NCBI GenBank assembly: GCA_017516825.1
Contig: JAFXBC010000044.1
Coordinates: 19,003 to 83,002, forward strand
Origin: Clostridia bacterium
Lineage (GTDB): Bacteria; Bacillota; Clostridia; Oscillospirales; CAG-382
Length of the DNA: 64,000 nucleotides
Direction: 5' to 3'
The translations under genes and the position numbers were made by a program. Below are positions 10,002 through 18,910 of this stretch, piece by piece; the first letter of the stretch is position 1; each line of letters begins with the position of its first letter. The notes under the pieces are model-generated. The model saw only the letters and a program-made list of their open reading frames with translations. It searched no databases and was not told where the DNA came from.

Positions 10002-10634
10002 ATGAAAAACAAATTTGTAATCGGATATTATAATCTGGCAAACTTCGTCACCCTGACGGGGTTGGTTTGCGCCGTTCTGGCTTGCTTCGTGGCGGCAAGC
10101 GGCAATTTCTTCCTTTCCATGCTTTGTCTTTCCCTTGCAGCGCTTTGCGACGCCACAGACGGCCGTATTGCACGTGCAAATCCTTCCGCTACCAAGCGCT
10201 CCCGTTTCTACGGCGTACAGCTTGACAGCCTTTGCGACATGGTAAGCTTTGGGGTGGTGCCCTGTATGATCGCTTATCTGATGGGATACAACGGGGTGAT
10301 CGATATCATTCTGTACCTACTGTTCGGCGTTTGCGGGGCTACCAGACTTGCCAATTTCAACACCGAGGCGGCGGTTGACAGTGCCGATCTGAAGATGAAC
10401 CATTTCACCGGTGTGCCCATCCCCTTCTCTGCCATGATCCTCCCCTTGCTGGTGATCGTACATATGCTTGCAGGCCATCTGGCGTTGCTGTTCCGCATTG
10501 CGTTCCTGGTGGTGGGATTGGGGTATATTCTGCGCGTCCGCATTCCCAAGCCCTCGGGGAAAGCTCAGTTGGTCATGGGCGTGTATATGCTGGCTTGCGT
10601 CATCGCGCTGTTGGTGATCCAGCTGGTAAAGTGA
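10002..10634 (+). CDS. pssA: CDP-alcohol phosphatidyltransferase (phosphatidylserine synthase-like)
   Basis: Motif DATDGRIAR-x12-GVQLDSLCD (D-G-x2-A-R...G-x3-D-x3-D) in a polytopic membrane protein. The exact substrate is inferred. Confidence 0.75.
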   Translation: MKNKFVIGYYNLANFVTLTGLVCAVLACFVAASGNFFLSMLCLSLAALCDATDGRIARANPSATKRSRFYGVQLDSLCDMVSFGVVPCMIAYLMGYNGVIDIILYLLFGVCGATRLANFNTEAAVDSADLKMNHFTGVPIPFSAMILPLLVIVHMLAGHLALLFRIAFLVVGLGYILRVRIPKPSGKAQLVMGVYMLACVIALLVIQLVK

Positions 10635-10650
10635 TCTGACATAACGAAAA

Positions 10651-10689
10651 ATGCGTATCGGAGCGATTTTCCGATACGCATATTTTTTT
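10651..10689. terminator. Bidirectional rho-independent terminator between convergent genes
   Basis: Perfect 12-bp stem ATGCGTATCGGA / TCCGATACGCAT with a 6-nt loop. It is followed by TATTTTTTTA and preceded by CGAAAAA. Confidence 0.8.
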
Positions 10690-11107
10690 ATGATCTTTTG
10701 GCGGCTCTCCGTTTGGGAAGCTCCTTCACCAACCATTTTGCGACTTTCTTCCGGCGGCGGTTTTGCTTTGCCCTGGCCATGCTTGCCTTCAAGACGGCTT
10801 GCTCACGGAGGATCACGCCCAGGGTCTTCTGGTCGCCCGGGAACAGGCGGCGCAGGAGGAAGAGGGTGATGAACAGGGTGACGATCTTTTCCGGAGTAAA
10901 GGGGAACCAGAGGAAGGTCATCCAGGAAAAACCGATCACATACATCCAGGTGATGTTCAATGCGGAGCCCACGGCGGCGAACACGTATGACCAGCCGTTG
11001 GTGATAAACCAGGCGAGGCCGAAGCACAAAAGCAAGCGCGGGTTCAGAAAAAACTCAAGAACGCGCCTGACGATTCCCTTGATACGCTCACGATTCCACA
11101 GCTTCAT
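10688..11107 (-). CDS. Small hypothetical membrane protein with a basic C-terminal tail
   Basis: ORF with 2-3 hydrophobic helices and a K/R-rich tail. The start at MKLWNRER (11107) has GGAGGT 6 nt upstream, so the longer track start at 11149 is unlikely. Confidence 0.55.
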   Translation of the reverse strand: MKLWNRERIKGIVRRVLEFFLNPRLLLCFGLAWFITNGWSYVFAAVGSALNITWMYVIGFSWMTFLWFPFTPEKIVTLFITLFLLRRLFPGDQKTLGVILREQAVLKASMARAKQNRRRKKVAKWLVKELPKRRAAKRS

Positions 11108-11196
11108 ACGGTTACCTCCCCTCTCATTCTTCCAATTACAATTTATCACAAGTTTCGACAGTTGTCAAGAAGTACGCCCGAAGAGTTGCAAATTTG

Positions 11197-12090
11197 TCAC
11201 AAAAGATCACACAATCTTTGCAGATCCTCCGGCATGGGGGACTCGAAGACCATAGCTTCACCGGTGGAGGGATGGTTCAGCTCCACCCTTGTGGCGTGGA
11301 GGGCGTGGCGGGAGATCAACTCGCTTTCCCTGCCATACAGGTCATCTCCCACGATGGGACAACCCAAATAAGCAAGGTGAACGCGTATTTGGTGAGTACG
11401 TCCCGTAAGGGGGTGAAGCTCCACAAGGGCGTGGTTGGCATAACGCTTTCGCACATTATATGCGGTCACCGTAAGTGCGGCACCTTCGTCGTCCACGTGG
11501 CAAACCTCCCGTAAGACGAAGAACTCCTTCTGCCGTCGGGTCCCTGTTGACACCGTATCGGATTCCTTTGGAGGGAAGCCCTCCGTGACGGCCAGGTAGG
11601 TTTTTTTGATCTGGTGGGCTTTCATGGCCTTGCAGAGGATTCCCGCGGCGTATTGGTTCTTGGCAAGGGTGATGATCCCGCTGGTATTTCGATCCAAGCG
11701 GCTTACCGGGCGAAAGACGAAGGGTTCGCCCCGCTGTTCGAACAGCCAGGTCAGACCGTTGGCCAGAGTATCGCCGTTATGCCCTGCGGAGGGATGGGTG
11801 GGCATATTAGGCGGTTTATCCACGATGAGCAGGTCGTCGTCCTCGTAGAGAATGGTAAAGGGCAGCTCCACCGGCGGAAAAGCCTCCTGGGGAACGGAGT
11901 CGTCAACGTCAACCCGCAGAAGGTCGCCGGCGCGTAGGATATAACGCACCGTGACATGTTTTCCGTTGACGGTGATCCCTTCGGGACGCTTTTTCAATTG
12001 TGTCAGCAGACGGGAGGGCACGCCGCAGGTTCCTTTCAGATAGGAACGAAGAAGGACGCCGTCGTGCTTTTGGTCAACGAGAAACTCCAT
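11197..12090 (-). CDS. RluA-family 23S rRNA pseudouridine synthase (RluD-like, S4 domain N-terminal)
   Basis: Catalytic motif SRLDRNTSGIITLAKN plus LHATRVELNHP near the C-terminus. Confidence 0.88.
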   Translation of the reverse strand: MEFLVDQKHDGVLLRSYLKGTCGVPSRLLTQLKKRPEGITVNGKHVTVRYILRAGDLLRVDVDDSVPQEAFPPVELPFTILYEDDDLLIVDKPPNMPTHPSAGHNGDTLANGLTWLFEQRGEPFVFRPVSRLDRNTSGIITLAKNQYAAGILCKAMKAHQIKKTYLAVTEGFPPKESDTVSTGTRRQKEFFVLREVCHVDDEGAALTVTAYNVRKRYANHALVELHPLTGRTHQIRVHLAYLGCPIVGDDLYGRESELISRHALHATRVELNHPSTGEAMVFESPMPEDLQRLCDLL

Positions 12091-12101
12091 AAGTGATAAG
12101 T

Positions 12102-12150
12102 TTAAGAACCTTTCTTTGAAAAAGAAAGGTTCTTAAGATCTCCAAAGAAA
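12102..12150 (+). repeat. Intergenic hairpin-plus-tail repeat, copy 1
   Basis: TTAAGAACCTTTCTTT-gaa-AAAGAAAGGTTCTTAA (16-bp perfect stem) followed by GATCTCCAAAGAAA. Same module as at 33388, 49753 and 59865. Confidence 0.85.
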
Positions 12151-12176
12151 TTTATTTCAGAAGCAATGCTTTGTTT

Positions 12177-12947
12177 TTACAGAAGCTTTGCGCCGCTTTC
12201 CTTATCGCAATACATCACGGCGTGGGGATGGTTCCGCATTGCGGTGGCGGGAACCTCCTCGTTGATGGGTGCAGTAGCGGTAAGATAGACGGCCTCCGCC
12301 TTGGTGGCGCAGGGAACGGTGCAGAACATATGCTTTGCCTTCACCAGAGCGGGTACAGTCAAAGAAAAGGCGTGGGTAGGAACGTCGTCAAGGGTGGGGA
12401 AGCATCCATCGTGGACCTGCTGGTTACGGCAGACCTCGTCCAGAGGAACCAGCTTCACCAGCTTGGGATCGTTGAAGTCTGCGATCCAGGGGTCGTTAAA
12501 GGCGATATGAGCGTTCTCGCCGATGCCCAGGAAGACGATATCCGTGGGATACTTGGTAAGCAGTTCGGAATAGCGGAGACACTCGGCCTCGGGATCCTCG
12601 GCGGCACCGTTGATATAGTGCACCTCGCCGAAGGGAAGCTTGCCGAAAACGTGGTCGTAAAGATAAGTACCGAAGCTTTGGGGACATTCTTTACCGAAGC
12701 CCACGTACTCGTCCATGTGGAAGGCACGGACACGGGTCCAATCGATCCCCTCCTCTGCCAGCAAGGCGGACAGGGTATCGTTCTGGGAGGGTGCCGCGGC
12801 GAAGATGATGTTCACCTTCTCCTGCACCAAAAGCAGGTTGCGGATCACGTCCGCCCCGTCTCTTGCGGCCAACGCGCCGCCCTCGGCTCTGGTATCAAAA
12901 ATATGGAAGGTCAAAGAATCCTTGGTAACCGTTTTCAAAAGTGCCAT
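12177..12947 (-). CDS. nagB: Glucosamine-6-phosphate deaminase
   Basis: NagB/6-PGL fold with the motif GIGENAHIAFNDP and AAAPSQ. 256 aa. Confidence 0.85.
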   Translation of the reverse strand: MALLKTVTKDSLTFHIFDTRAEGGALAARDGADVIRNLLLVQEKVNIIFAAAPSQNDTLSALLAEEGIDWTRVRAFHMDEYVGFGKECPQSFGTYLYDHVFGKLPFGEVHYINGAAEDPEAECLRYSELLTKYPTDIVFLGIGENAHIAFNDPWIADFNDPKLVKLVPLDEVCRNQQVHDGCFPTLDDVPTHAFSLTVPALVKAKHMFCTVPCATKAEAVYLTATAPINEEVPATAMRNHPHAVMYCDKESGAKLL

Positions 12948-12961
12948 GTTTGTTTTCCTCT

Positions 12962-14044
12962 TTATTTCATAATATGATCGTTGATCAGCTTGACGATGTT
13001 GCCCACCACGTATTCGTCCGGATCTTCCCCTTCGGAGCCGTTGAGGACGGAGACCACGTAGGGCATATCCTTCCAGACGATGGCGGCGTCGTTATAAACG
13101 GGATTGGGCTTGAACTTATCCCCGGATTTGTGAGAATACTTCTCGTCGATCAGCTTGGTGGCGTAGTTATAGGGCGTGTTGGTGGTGGCGGTCTTGAAAA
13201 GCTTTGCCATCTCGGTATTGGTTTGGAAATAGAAGTACAATTCACGCCAGATCACGCAAAGATCTCTGGAGGTGGTGTTGTAGTTCCAGACGGAGGAGAT
13301 GGAGGTGGAGGAGCTGAGACGCAATCCGCTGACACCCAGCTTCTTCATCATTTCGTTGTAGCCGTCCTTGCCGAAGTAATGCACCAGCATTTTATAGGCG
13401 ATGTTATCGCTGTAACGCAGGCTGAGACGGATCAGCTCCTTGATGGTGTAGGGCGTGCCGTACTCCGCGTTTTTGATAAGGCCGGAGCCGCCATGCTCAT
13501 ACTTCTTCTCGTAGATCATGATATCGTCCGCAGAGACGATGCCCTGTTCGATGGCGAGACAGCAATACAGCATATAGCCTGCCTTGATGGTACAGGCGGA
13601 GAAATACTTCTCCTGGCAGTTGTAGGCGATGGCACGGGTGCCGTCCAGAGAATAGGCGCAGAAGCTGATGGGCTTATCGTAGCCGGACAAAAGCTCTTGG
13701 ATCTGCGCCACCGCACCTGCTACCTCGGGATCGTTCATATCGATCTCCCCGTACAGGTCCAGGACGTTTTCCTGAGTCTGGGTAATGGAACGGATGGGAA
13801 TGCGGATAATCTCCGGTTCCTCGGGAATCTCCCCTTCGGAGGTGTCGGGAAGCAGAGAGGTTTCCGCAGATACCTCCGTATAGGTCTGTACCCGGTTCAC
13901 CGTCACGGTGGGAAGCACCACCTCGGAAGGAACAGAGCTTTCCTCCGTTGGTGTTAACGGGTCTTCAAAGGTAATACCGCAGGAAGCCAATGCAGAAGCA
14001 ATGACCCCAAGCAGCAAAGCGATGCTGATGAGTTTACGAAACAT
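12962..14044 (-). CDS. Class-A beta-lactamase-fold (PF13354-like) lipoprotein, non-canonical active site
   Basis: Lipobox LASCG after MFRKLISIALLLGVIASA, with SDN (RYSDN) and KSG (HKSGD) motifs. The first motif reads CTIK rather than STxK. The start is taken at MFRK (about 14044); the track extension to 14263 overlaps the neighbouring gene. Confidence 0.75.
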   Translation of the reverse strand: MFRKLISIALLLGVIASALASCGITFEDPLTPTEESSVPSEVVLPTVTVNRVQTYTEVSAETSLLPDTSEGEIPEEPEIIRIPIRSITQTQENVLDLYGEIDMNDPEVAGAVAQIQELLSGYDKPISFCAYSLDGTRAIAYNCQEKYFSACTIKAGYMLYCCLAIEQGIVSADDIMIYEKKYEHGGSGLIKNAEYGTPYTIKELIRLSLRYSDNIAYKMLVHYFGKDGYNEMMKKLGVSGLRLSSSTSISSVWNYNTTSRDLCVIWRELYFYFQTNTEMAKLFKTATTNTPYNYATKLIDEKYSHKSGDKFKPNPVYNDAAIVWKDMPYVVSVLNGSEGEDPDEYVVGNIVKLINDHIMK

Positions 14045-14139
14045 ATAGACATTTCCCCCTAGAGTAGCAATAAAATACTCTACATACGTGATAGTATACC
14101 ACAGGATCCTATGGAATGCAAGAACATTTTTTCTGTTAT

Positions 14140-15510
14140 TTATGACTTTTTTCGAAACTCTGCCGCCCAAAGACGGTAGGTGGCCATTCGCTGTCGCTCC
14201 TCTATGCATTGGCGGAGGCAGATCTCCTCTGAGGCGAACAGATGGTGGAGAGAATCGCCCCATTGCAGACGGCGGGAGGGTGTGATCTCACAAGCGCCTT
14301 TTCGCAGGGCTTCAAGAATGGAGGGCACACAGATCTCCAATTGGGAAAGATGATGCTCCAGATGGTCCACGTACAAAGATTCCTTGGATGCAAACCATTG
14401 CAGGGCTTCTCCGATCAGCAGACGCTCCTCCAGGAAGACCTGCAGGGACAGGGGATCTCTTGGAGATTCCTCCGCGGAAAAGGCGTTGAGGTAGCGTACT
14501 GCAGCGGTTCGTCCGGAGAAGCACTCCCCTGCGGGCGCTTCCTCCTCTTTCAGTGCAAGGGAGAAGATTTCTCCGTCGGGTTCGGTCTTCCCGGGAGTAT
14601 AGCGTAACAGGGTGACGGAGCGGGTTTTTCGAAAGATCTCGGTGGAAAAACGGTTGATCAGAACGGGGTTCCAATGGGAATCAAAGGCAGAGAAGCAATC
14701 GGTATCCCCTTGGATCCCGTAGAGGAAGAACGTTTCTTTGTTGTTTTGATGCAACAAAATGCCGTAGTTCTGCTCCAAAGCCTTCCGAAATGCAGTTTCC
14801 GGGTCAGGCGGTAATTCTCTTTCCGCTTCCGTGACGAAGGGAATATGTGCACTGATACGGTAATCATCCGAGGGAGAATGGTAAGAACGGGTATAGGTAC
14901 AGCTTAGCAGCTCCTCGTTTGACCGCAACAGCGCCAGGCGAGGGGCCAGAGGGTAGGAAGTAAACAAGGGATGCTTCTCCAAGGTGATCTCTGCGGAGGA
15001 AGCATTTTGCAGTGTCTCCCCTGTCCGTATCGCCCCAAGGCAGTAGATACCGCTGGAAGTGATGGCAGGCCGAAGGGTGGTATCCTTGGTAACCAGCACT
15101 CTGGTATGACAGGTGCGGAGAAGGGCCTGAAGCTCTTTCGTCCAGGGCAGATCCAGATAGACCGCCTGGGCCTTCACGACTTCCCCTACCCTTGCCGCAG
15201 AAAGAAGATAGCTTACTTCCGAAAGCAGAGTGATCTCCGGAACGCGGGAAAGGGTGTGCAAGGTCTCCGGGCTGTACCGATTGCCGCAGGCCAGAGAGAT
15301 AGGGATGCTTTGAGCAGTTGCAACGGCAAGGATCCCGGGCAGCTCTTTCTCCGAAACGTCCTTCAAAAGGATGCCGCAGGCCTTCTCGTCCTTTGAGCGA
15401 AGAAGCTCCCGCAGTGACAAGGGTGAGATACCCTCTTCCCGCAAATGCAATACAAAGGCATTCAAACGGTCTGCAGTCACGTTTTCCGGCAGGTACATCC
15501 AACGCTCCAT
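14140..15510 (-). CDS. Hypothetical cytoplasmic protein (~456 aa), no family recognised
   Basis: Long ORF with normal GC3-rich codon usage and no TM or signal peptide. GGAG lies 6 nt before the ATG at 15510 (alternative ATG at 15516). It has its own promoter at 15541-15569. Confidence 0.7.
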   Translation of the reverse strand: MERWMYLPENVTADRLNAFVLHLREEGISPLSLRELLRSKDEKACGILLKDVSEKELPGILAVATAQSIPISLACGNRYSPETLHTLSRVPEITLLSEVSYLLSAARVGEVVKAQAVYLDLPWTKELQALLRTCHTRVLVTKDTTLRPAITSSGIYCLGAIRTGETLQNASSAEITLEKHPLFTSYPLAPRLALLRSNEELLSCTYTRSYHSPSDDYRISAHIPFVTEAERELPPDPETAFRKALEQNYGILLHQNNKETFFLYGIQGDTDCFSAFDSHWNPVLINRFSTEIFRKTRSVTLLRYTPGKTEPDGEIFSLALKEEEAPAGECFSGRTAAVRYLNAFSAEESPRDPLSLQVFLEERLLIGEALQWFASKESLYVDHLEHHLSQLEICVPSILEALRKGACEITPSRRLQWGDSLHHLFASEEICLRQCIEERQRMATYRLWAAEFRKKS

Positions 15511-15540
15511 GGGCATCTCCTTTCCTCGCGCTTTTCGTAT

Positions 15541-15569
15541 AGTATATCATAGGGTACGTCATTTTGCAA
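15541..15569 (-). promoter_or_regulatory. Putative sigma-A promoter of the 456-aa orphan
   Basis: On the minus strand: TTGCAA, a 17-nt spacer, then TATACT. About 25 nt upstream of the start codon. Confidence 0.5.
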
Positions 15570-15573
15570 GGGC

Positions 15574-15607
15574 AAAAAAAAGAAGGCGGTCGTTTTCGCA
15601 ACCGCCT
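15574..15607 (-). terminator. Rho-independent terminator ending the ribosomal superoperon (after rplQ)
   Basis: The minus-strand RNA AGGCGGUUGCGAAAACGACCGCCU is followed by UCUUUUUUUU. Confidence 0.85.
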
Positions 15608-15630
15608 GAAATCCTATGATCAAGGATGGC

Positions 15631-16047
15631 TTATTCAGCAGCCTCTTCCTTCTTGGACTTCTTCTCTTTCTTGGTCTCGGTCTTGGGAGCGTAGATTGCC
15701 TCTGCGTCCACCAGCTCGATGATGGCCATTTCAGCGCCGTCACCACGTCTGGGACCGATCTTCAGAACTCTGGTATAACCACCGTTACGTTCCTCGTAGT
15801 TGGGAGCGATCAGGGTGAAGAGTTTGTAAACAACAGCTTCTTTCTTCAGGAAAGAAAGTGCCTGACGCTTAGAAGCAAGGGTGTTAGCCTTACCCAGCGT
15901 AATCATCTTGTCGGTCAGAGCGCTTACTTCTTTAGCACGGGTGACCGTAGTTTCGATTCTGCCCTTCTCCAGGAGGAAGGTTACCATACCTTTCAGCATG
16001 GCCATTCTCTGGGAAGTACTTCTGCCTAATTTTCTGTTACCGGGCAT
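15631..16047 (-). CDS. rplQ: 50S ribosomal protein L17 (with a K/E-rich C-terminal tail)
   Basis: N-terminus [19 protein letters not shown]. The last ~25 aa ([18 protein letters not shown]) extend beyond the usual L17 length. Confidence 0.95.
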   Translation of the reverse strand: MPGNRKLGRSTSQRMAMLKGMVTFLLEKGRIETTVTRAKEVSALTDKMITLGKANTLASKRQALSFLKKEAVVYKLFTLIAPNYEERNGGYTRVLKIGPRRGDGAEMAIIELVDAEAIYAPKTETKKEKKSKKEEAAE

Positions 16048-16074
16048 TTCTCTGTGCCTCCTTCTTACAAAATG

Positions 16075-17025
16075 TTAGTCTTCGGGCTTTCTGAATGCAA
16101 GTCCGAGAGACTGCAACTTCAGAATGACCTCCTCGAGGGACTTCTTACCAAGGTTACGAACCTTGATCATCTCTTCCTCGGTCTTGCTGATCAGATCTTC
16201 TACGTTGTCGATACCTGCACGCTTCAAGCAGTTGAAGCTTCTGACGGACAGATCCAGCTCTTCGATGGTCATCTCAAGAACCTTGCCCTTCTTTGCTTCC
16301 TCGCGCTCGACCAGGATCTCAGCGTTCTTCGCTTCCACAGAGAGCTCTACGAACAGATTCAGGTGCTCGTTGAGGATCTTTGCAGCCAGAGAAACGGCTT
16401 CTTTTGCATTGATGGTACCGTTGGTGGTCACATCCAGCTCAAGACGATCGTAGTCAGTAATGTTACCAACACGGGTGTTGGAAACGGTATAATTAGCGGT
16501 ATAAACAGGCGTATAGATGGAATCCGTATAGATCACGCCGATAACGGAGGATTCCGCTGCGGCTTTGTTCTTATCGGAAGATACGTAGCCCCTGCCATGC
16601 TCGAAAGTGAGCTGCATAAAGAAGGGAGAACCGGGTTCTACCGTTGCAATATGGTGGGTGGGGTTCAGGATCTCGATATCGGAATCCGTCTGAATATCGC
16701 CGGCGGTAACTTCGCCGCCGCGAACATCGATCATAACGGTTTTCGGCTCGTTGCAATGCAACTTCGCAACAATACCCTTGACATTGATCACGATCTCAGG
16801 AACATCTTCCTTCACACCGGGTACGGTGGAGATTTCGTGAAGAACACCGTCAATTTTGATATTAGATACTGCAACGCCGGGCAGGGAGCTCAAGAGCACT
16901 CTGCGCAAGGAGTTGCCAAGCGTAATGCCGTAGCCTCTCTCAAGGGGTTCAATGACAAAAACACCGTGTTTTCCGTCTTCGCTGAGCTCGGCGGTAACAA
17001 TGTTCGGTCTTTCGATTTCGATCAT
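16075..17025 (-). CDS. rpoA: DNA-directed RNA polymerase subunit alpha
   Basis: MIEIERP... N-terminal domain and a C-terminal domain with [17 protein letters not shown]. Confidence 0.97.
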   Translation of the reverse strand: MIEIERPNIVTAELSEDGKHGVFVIEPLERGYGITLGNSLRRVLLSSLPGVAVSNIKIDGVLHEISTVPGVKEDVPEIVINVKGIVAKLHCNEPKTVMIDVRGGEVTAGDIQTDSDIEILNPTHHIATVEPGSPFFMQLTFEHGRGYVSSDKNKAAAESSVIGVIYTDSIYTPVYTANYTVSNTRVGNITDYDRLELDVTTNGTINAKEAVSLAAKILNEHLNLFVELSVEAKNAEILVEREEAKKGKVLEMTIEELDLSVRSFNCLKRAGIDNVEDLISKTEEEMIKVRNLGKKSLEEVILKLQSLGLAFRKPED

Positions 17026-17070
17026 TATAATAACCTCCTATTTCAATGGTCGGCTCTGTAGCAGAGACGA

Positions 17071-17709
17071 TTACTTCGAGTACAACTCGACGATCAGATG
17101 CTCTTCGAACGGGAAGTCGATGTCGGCTCTGGTAGGAAGATTGTTGATCGTTGCAGTAACATTTTCCGCATCAACGGTCAGCCATGCGGGAACGGGTCTG
17201 CTGTTGATATTCTCGATAAGCACTTTAATCTTCTCGGATTCCTTGTTAGACTTCTTGTCCTTCAGAGCGATCACGTCGCCCTTCTTGAGCAAGCAGGAAG
17301 GAATTGTGACCTTCTTACCGTTTACGGTGAAGTGGCCGTGCAGTACGAGCTGGCGAGCCTCTTTACGGCTGGACGCCATACCCATACGGTAAACTACGTT
17401 GTCGAAACGACGTTCGATCATGGTCAGCAGGTTTTCACCGGTCTGGCCGGGCTGTCTGTCTGCCTTCTCGAAGTAGTTCTTAAATTGCTTCTCCAGAATA
17501 CCGTAGTATCTCTTTGCCTTCTGCTTTTCGCGGAGCTGCAGGGTATATTCCTTGGGTCTTCTTCTGGACACGTTTGCGCCATGCTGACCGGGAACGCTGC
17601 CTCTGCGGGAAAAGGGGCACTTATCACTTGCACACTTGTCGCCCTTCAGGTAAAGCTTGGTGCCTTCTCTGCGGCACAGTCTGCAAGAGGGTCCTGTATA
17701 TCTTGCCAT
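17071..17709 (-). CDS. rpsD: 30S ribosomal protein S4
   Basis: [16 protein letters not shown]... with the Cys cluster, plus an S4 RNA-binding domain. Confidence 0.96.
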   Translation of the reverse strand: MARYTGPSCRLCRREGTKLYLKGDKCASDKCPFSRRGSVPGQHGANVSRRRPKEYTLQLREKQKAKRYYGILEKQFKNYFEKADRQPGQTGENLLTMIERRFDNVVYRMGMASSRKEARQLVLHGHFTVNGKKVTIPSCLLKKGDVIALKDKKSNKESEKIKVLIENINSRPVPAWLTVDAENVTATINNLPTRADIDFPFEEHLIVELYSK

Positions 17710-17731
17710 GTGTTTGCCTCCAAATTCTCGA

Positions 17732-18130
17732 TTAAACGCGTCTTCTCTTGGGCGGTCTGCAACCGTTGTGAGGGATCGGCGTTACGTCTTTAATCATAGT
17801 GATTTCCAAACCTGCAACCTGCAGTGCACGGATTGCGGATTCTCTACCCTGACCGGGGCCCTTTACGAATACTTCAACAGTCTTCAGACCCTGTTCAATT
17901 GCAGTCTTTGCGGCTGCTTCTGCTGCCATCTGAGCTGCGAAAGGAGTAGACTTTCTGGAACCTCTGTAACCCAATTCACCTGCGGATGCCCAAGAAATTG
18001 CGTTGCCCTGGGTATCGGTGATGGTTACGATGGTGTTGTTAAAGCTGGACTGGATATGTGCAGCACCGCGCTCGATATTCTTCTTTTCGCGACGCTTCTT
18101 GAGTGCAGTCTTCTTAGTAGTCTTTGCCAT
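17732..18130 (-). CDS. rpsK: 30S ribosomal protein S11
   Basis: [16 protein letters not shown]... and the C-terminal [16 protein letters not shown]. Confidence 0.96.
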   Translation of the reverse strand: MAKTTKKTALKKRREKKNIERGAAHIQSSFNNTIVTITDTQGNAISWASAGELGYRGSRKSTPFAAQMAAEAAAKTAIEQGLKTVEVFVKGPGQGRESAIRALQVAGLEITMIKDVTPIPHNGCRPPKRRRV

Positions 18131-18149
18131 TTCCGTCTTTACCTCCCTC

Positions 18150-18518
18150 TTACTTTTTCTTGTTCGCGATGGTCTTGACGGGACCTTTTCTGGTTCTTGC
18201 GTTGGTCTTGGTACGCTGACCTCTTACGGGGAGACCTTTTCTGTGTCTCTGGCCGCGGTAGCAATCAATTTCCACCATTCTCTTGATGTTCAGACCTACT
18301 TCTCTTCTCAGATCGCCTTCAACAACGTAGTTGTTTTCGATGCAGTCACGAAGCTTGGCAATATCTGCCTCAGTCAGGTCCTTAACGCGAGTGTCGGGGT
18401 TGATGCCGGTCGCTTTCAAGATTTCGTTGGAACGGCTTCTGCCAATACCGTAGATATAGCACAGACCGATCTCAACACGCTTTGCGTTAGGAATGTCAAC
18501 GCCTGAAATACGTGCCAT
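18150..18518 (-). CDS. rpsM: 30S ribosomal protein S13
   Basis: [26 protein letters not shown]. Confidence 0.96.
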   Translation of the reverse strand: MARISGVDIPNAKRVEIGLCYIYGIGRSRSNEILKATGINPDTRVKDLTEADIAKLRDCIENNYVVEGDLRREVGLNIKRMVEIDCYRGQRHRKGLPVRGQRTKTNARTRKGPVKTIANKKK

Positions 18519-18534
18519 TGTTACACCTCTCTCC

Positions 18535-18648
18535 TTAGCCTTGTTTCTGTTTATGCTTGGGGTTTTCGCAGATTACCATGATCTTGCCTTTTCTCTTGAT
18601 AATCTTGCACTTCTCGCAGATTTTCTTTACGGAAGGTTTTACTTTCAT
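18535..18648 (-). CDS. rpmJ: 50S ribosomal protein L36 (zinc-binding C+ form)
   Basis: Not in the ORF track (below its length cutoff). Manual translation gives [37 protein letters not shown], 37 aa, with the CxxC...CxxxxH pattern. Confidence 0.93.
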   Translation of the reverse strand: MKVKPSVKKICEKCKIIKRKGKIMVICENPKHKQKQG

Positions 18649-18678
18649 GATGATACCTCCATTCATTGTGGTTGCAGA

Positions 18679-18897
18679 TCACTTTGCTCTGAAAGTGATT
18701 CTGCCCTGTGTCAGGTCATATACCGAAACCTCTACGGTGACTTTGTCGCCGGGAAGGATTCGGATATAATTCATGCGCATTTTTCCTGAAATGTGAGCGG
18801 TGATGATGTGACCGTTGGTCAGCTTTACGCGGAATACCGTGTTGGGCAGGACCTCAACCACGACACCTTCACATTCAATCACATTGTCCTTAGCCAG
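18679..18897 (-). CDS. infA: Translation initiation factor IF-1, probable CTG start
   Basis: (L/M)[25 protein letters not shown]...RITFRAK aligns end to end with 72-aa IF-1 (B. subtilis MAKDDVIEVEG...). The first codon of that alignment is CTG at 18897-18895, with AGGAGG 7 nt upstream. The track start, GTG at 18882, lacks an RBS. Confidence 0.85.
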   Translation of the reverse strand: MAKDNVIECEGVVVEVLPNTVFRVKLTNGHIITAHISGKMRMNYIRILPGDKVTVEVSVYDLTQGRITFRAK

Positions 18898-18910
18898 AAC
18901 AACTCCTCCT

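Noticed and set aside
12962-14044. Calling the beta-lactamase-fold gene an antibiotic-resistance beta-lactamase.
   Set aside because: It is a lipoprotein with a long linker. It has CTIK instead of STxK and no omega-loop Glu166-type motif that I can identify. It belongs to the broad serine-hydrolase-like family, so a resistance function is not supported.
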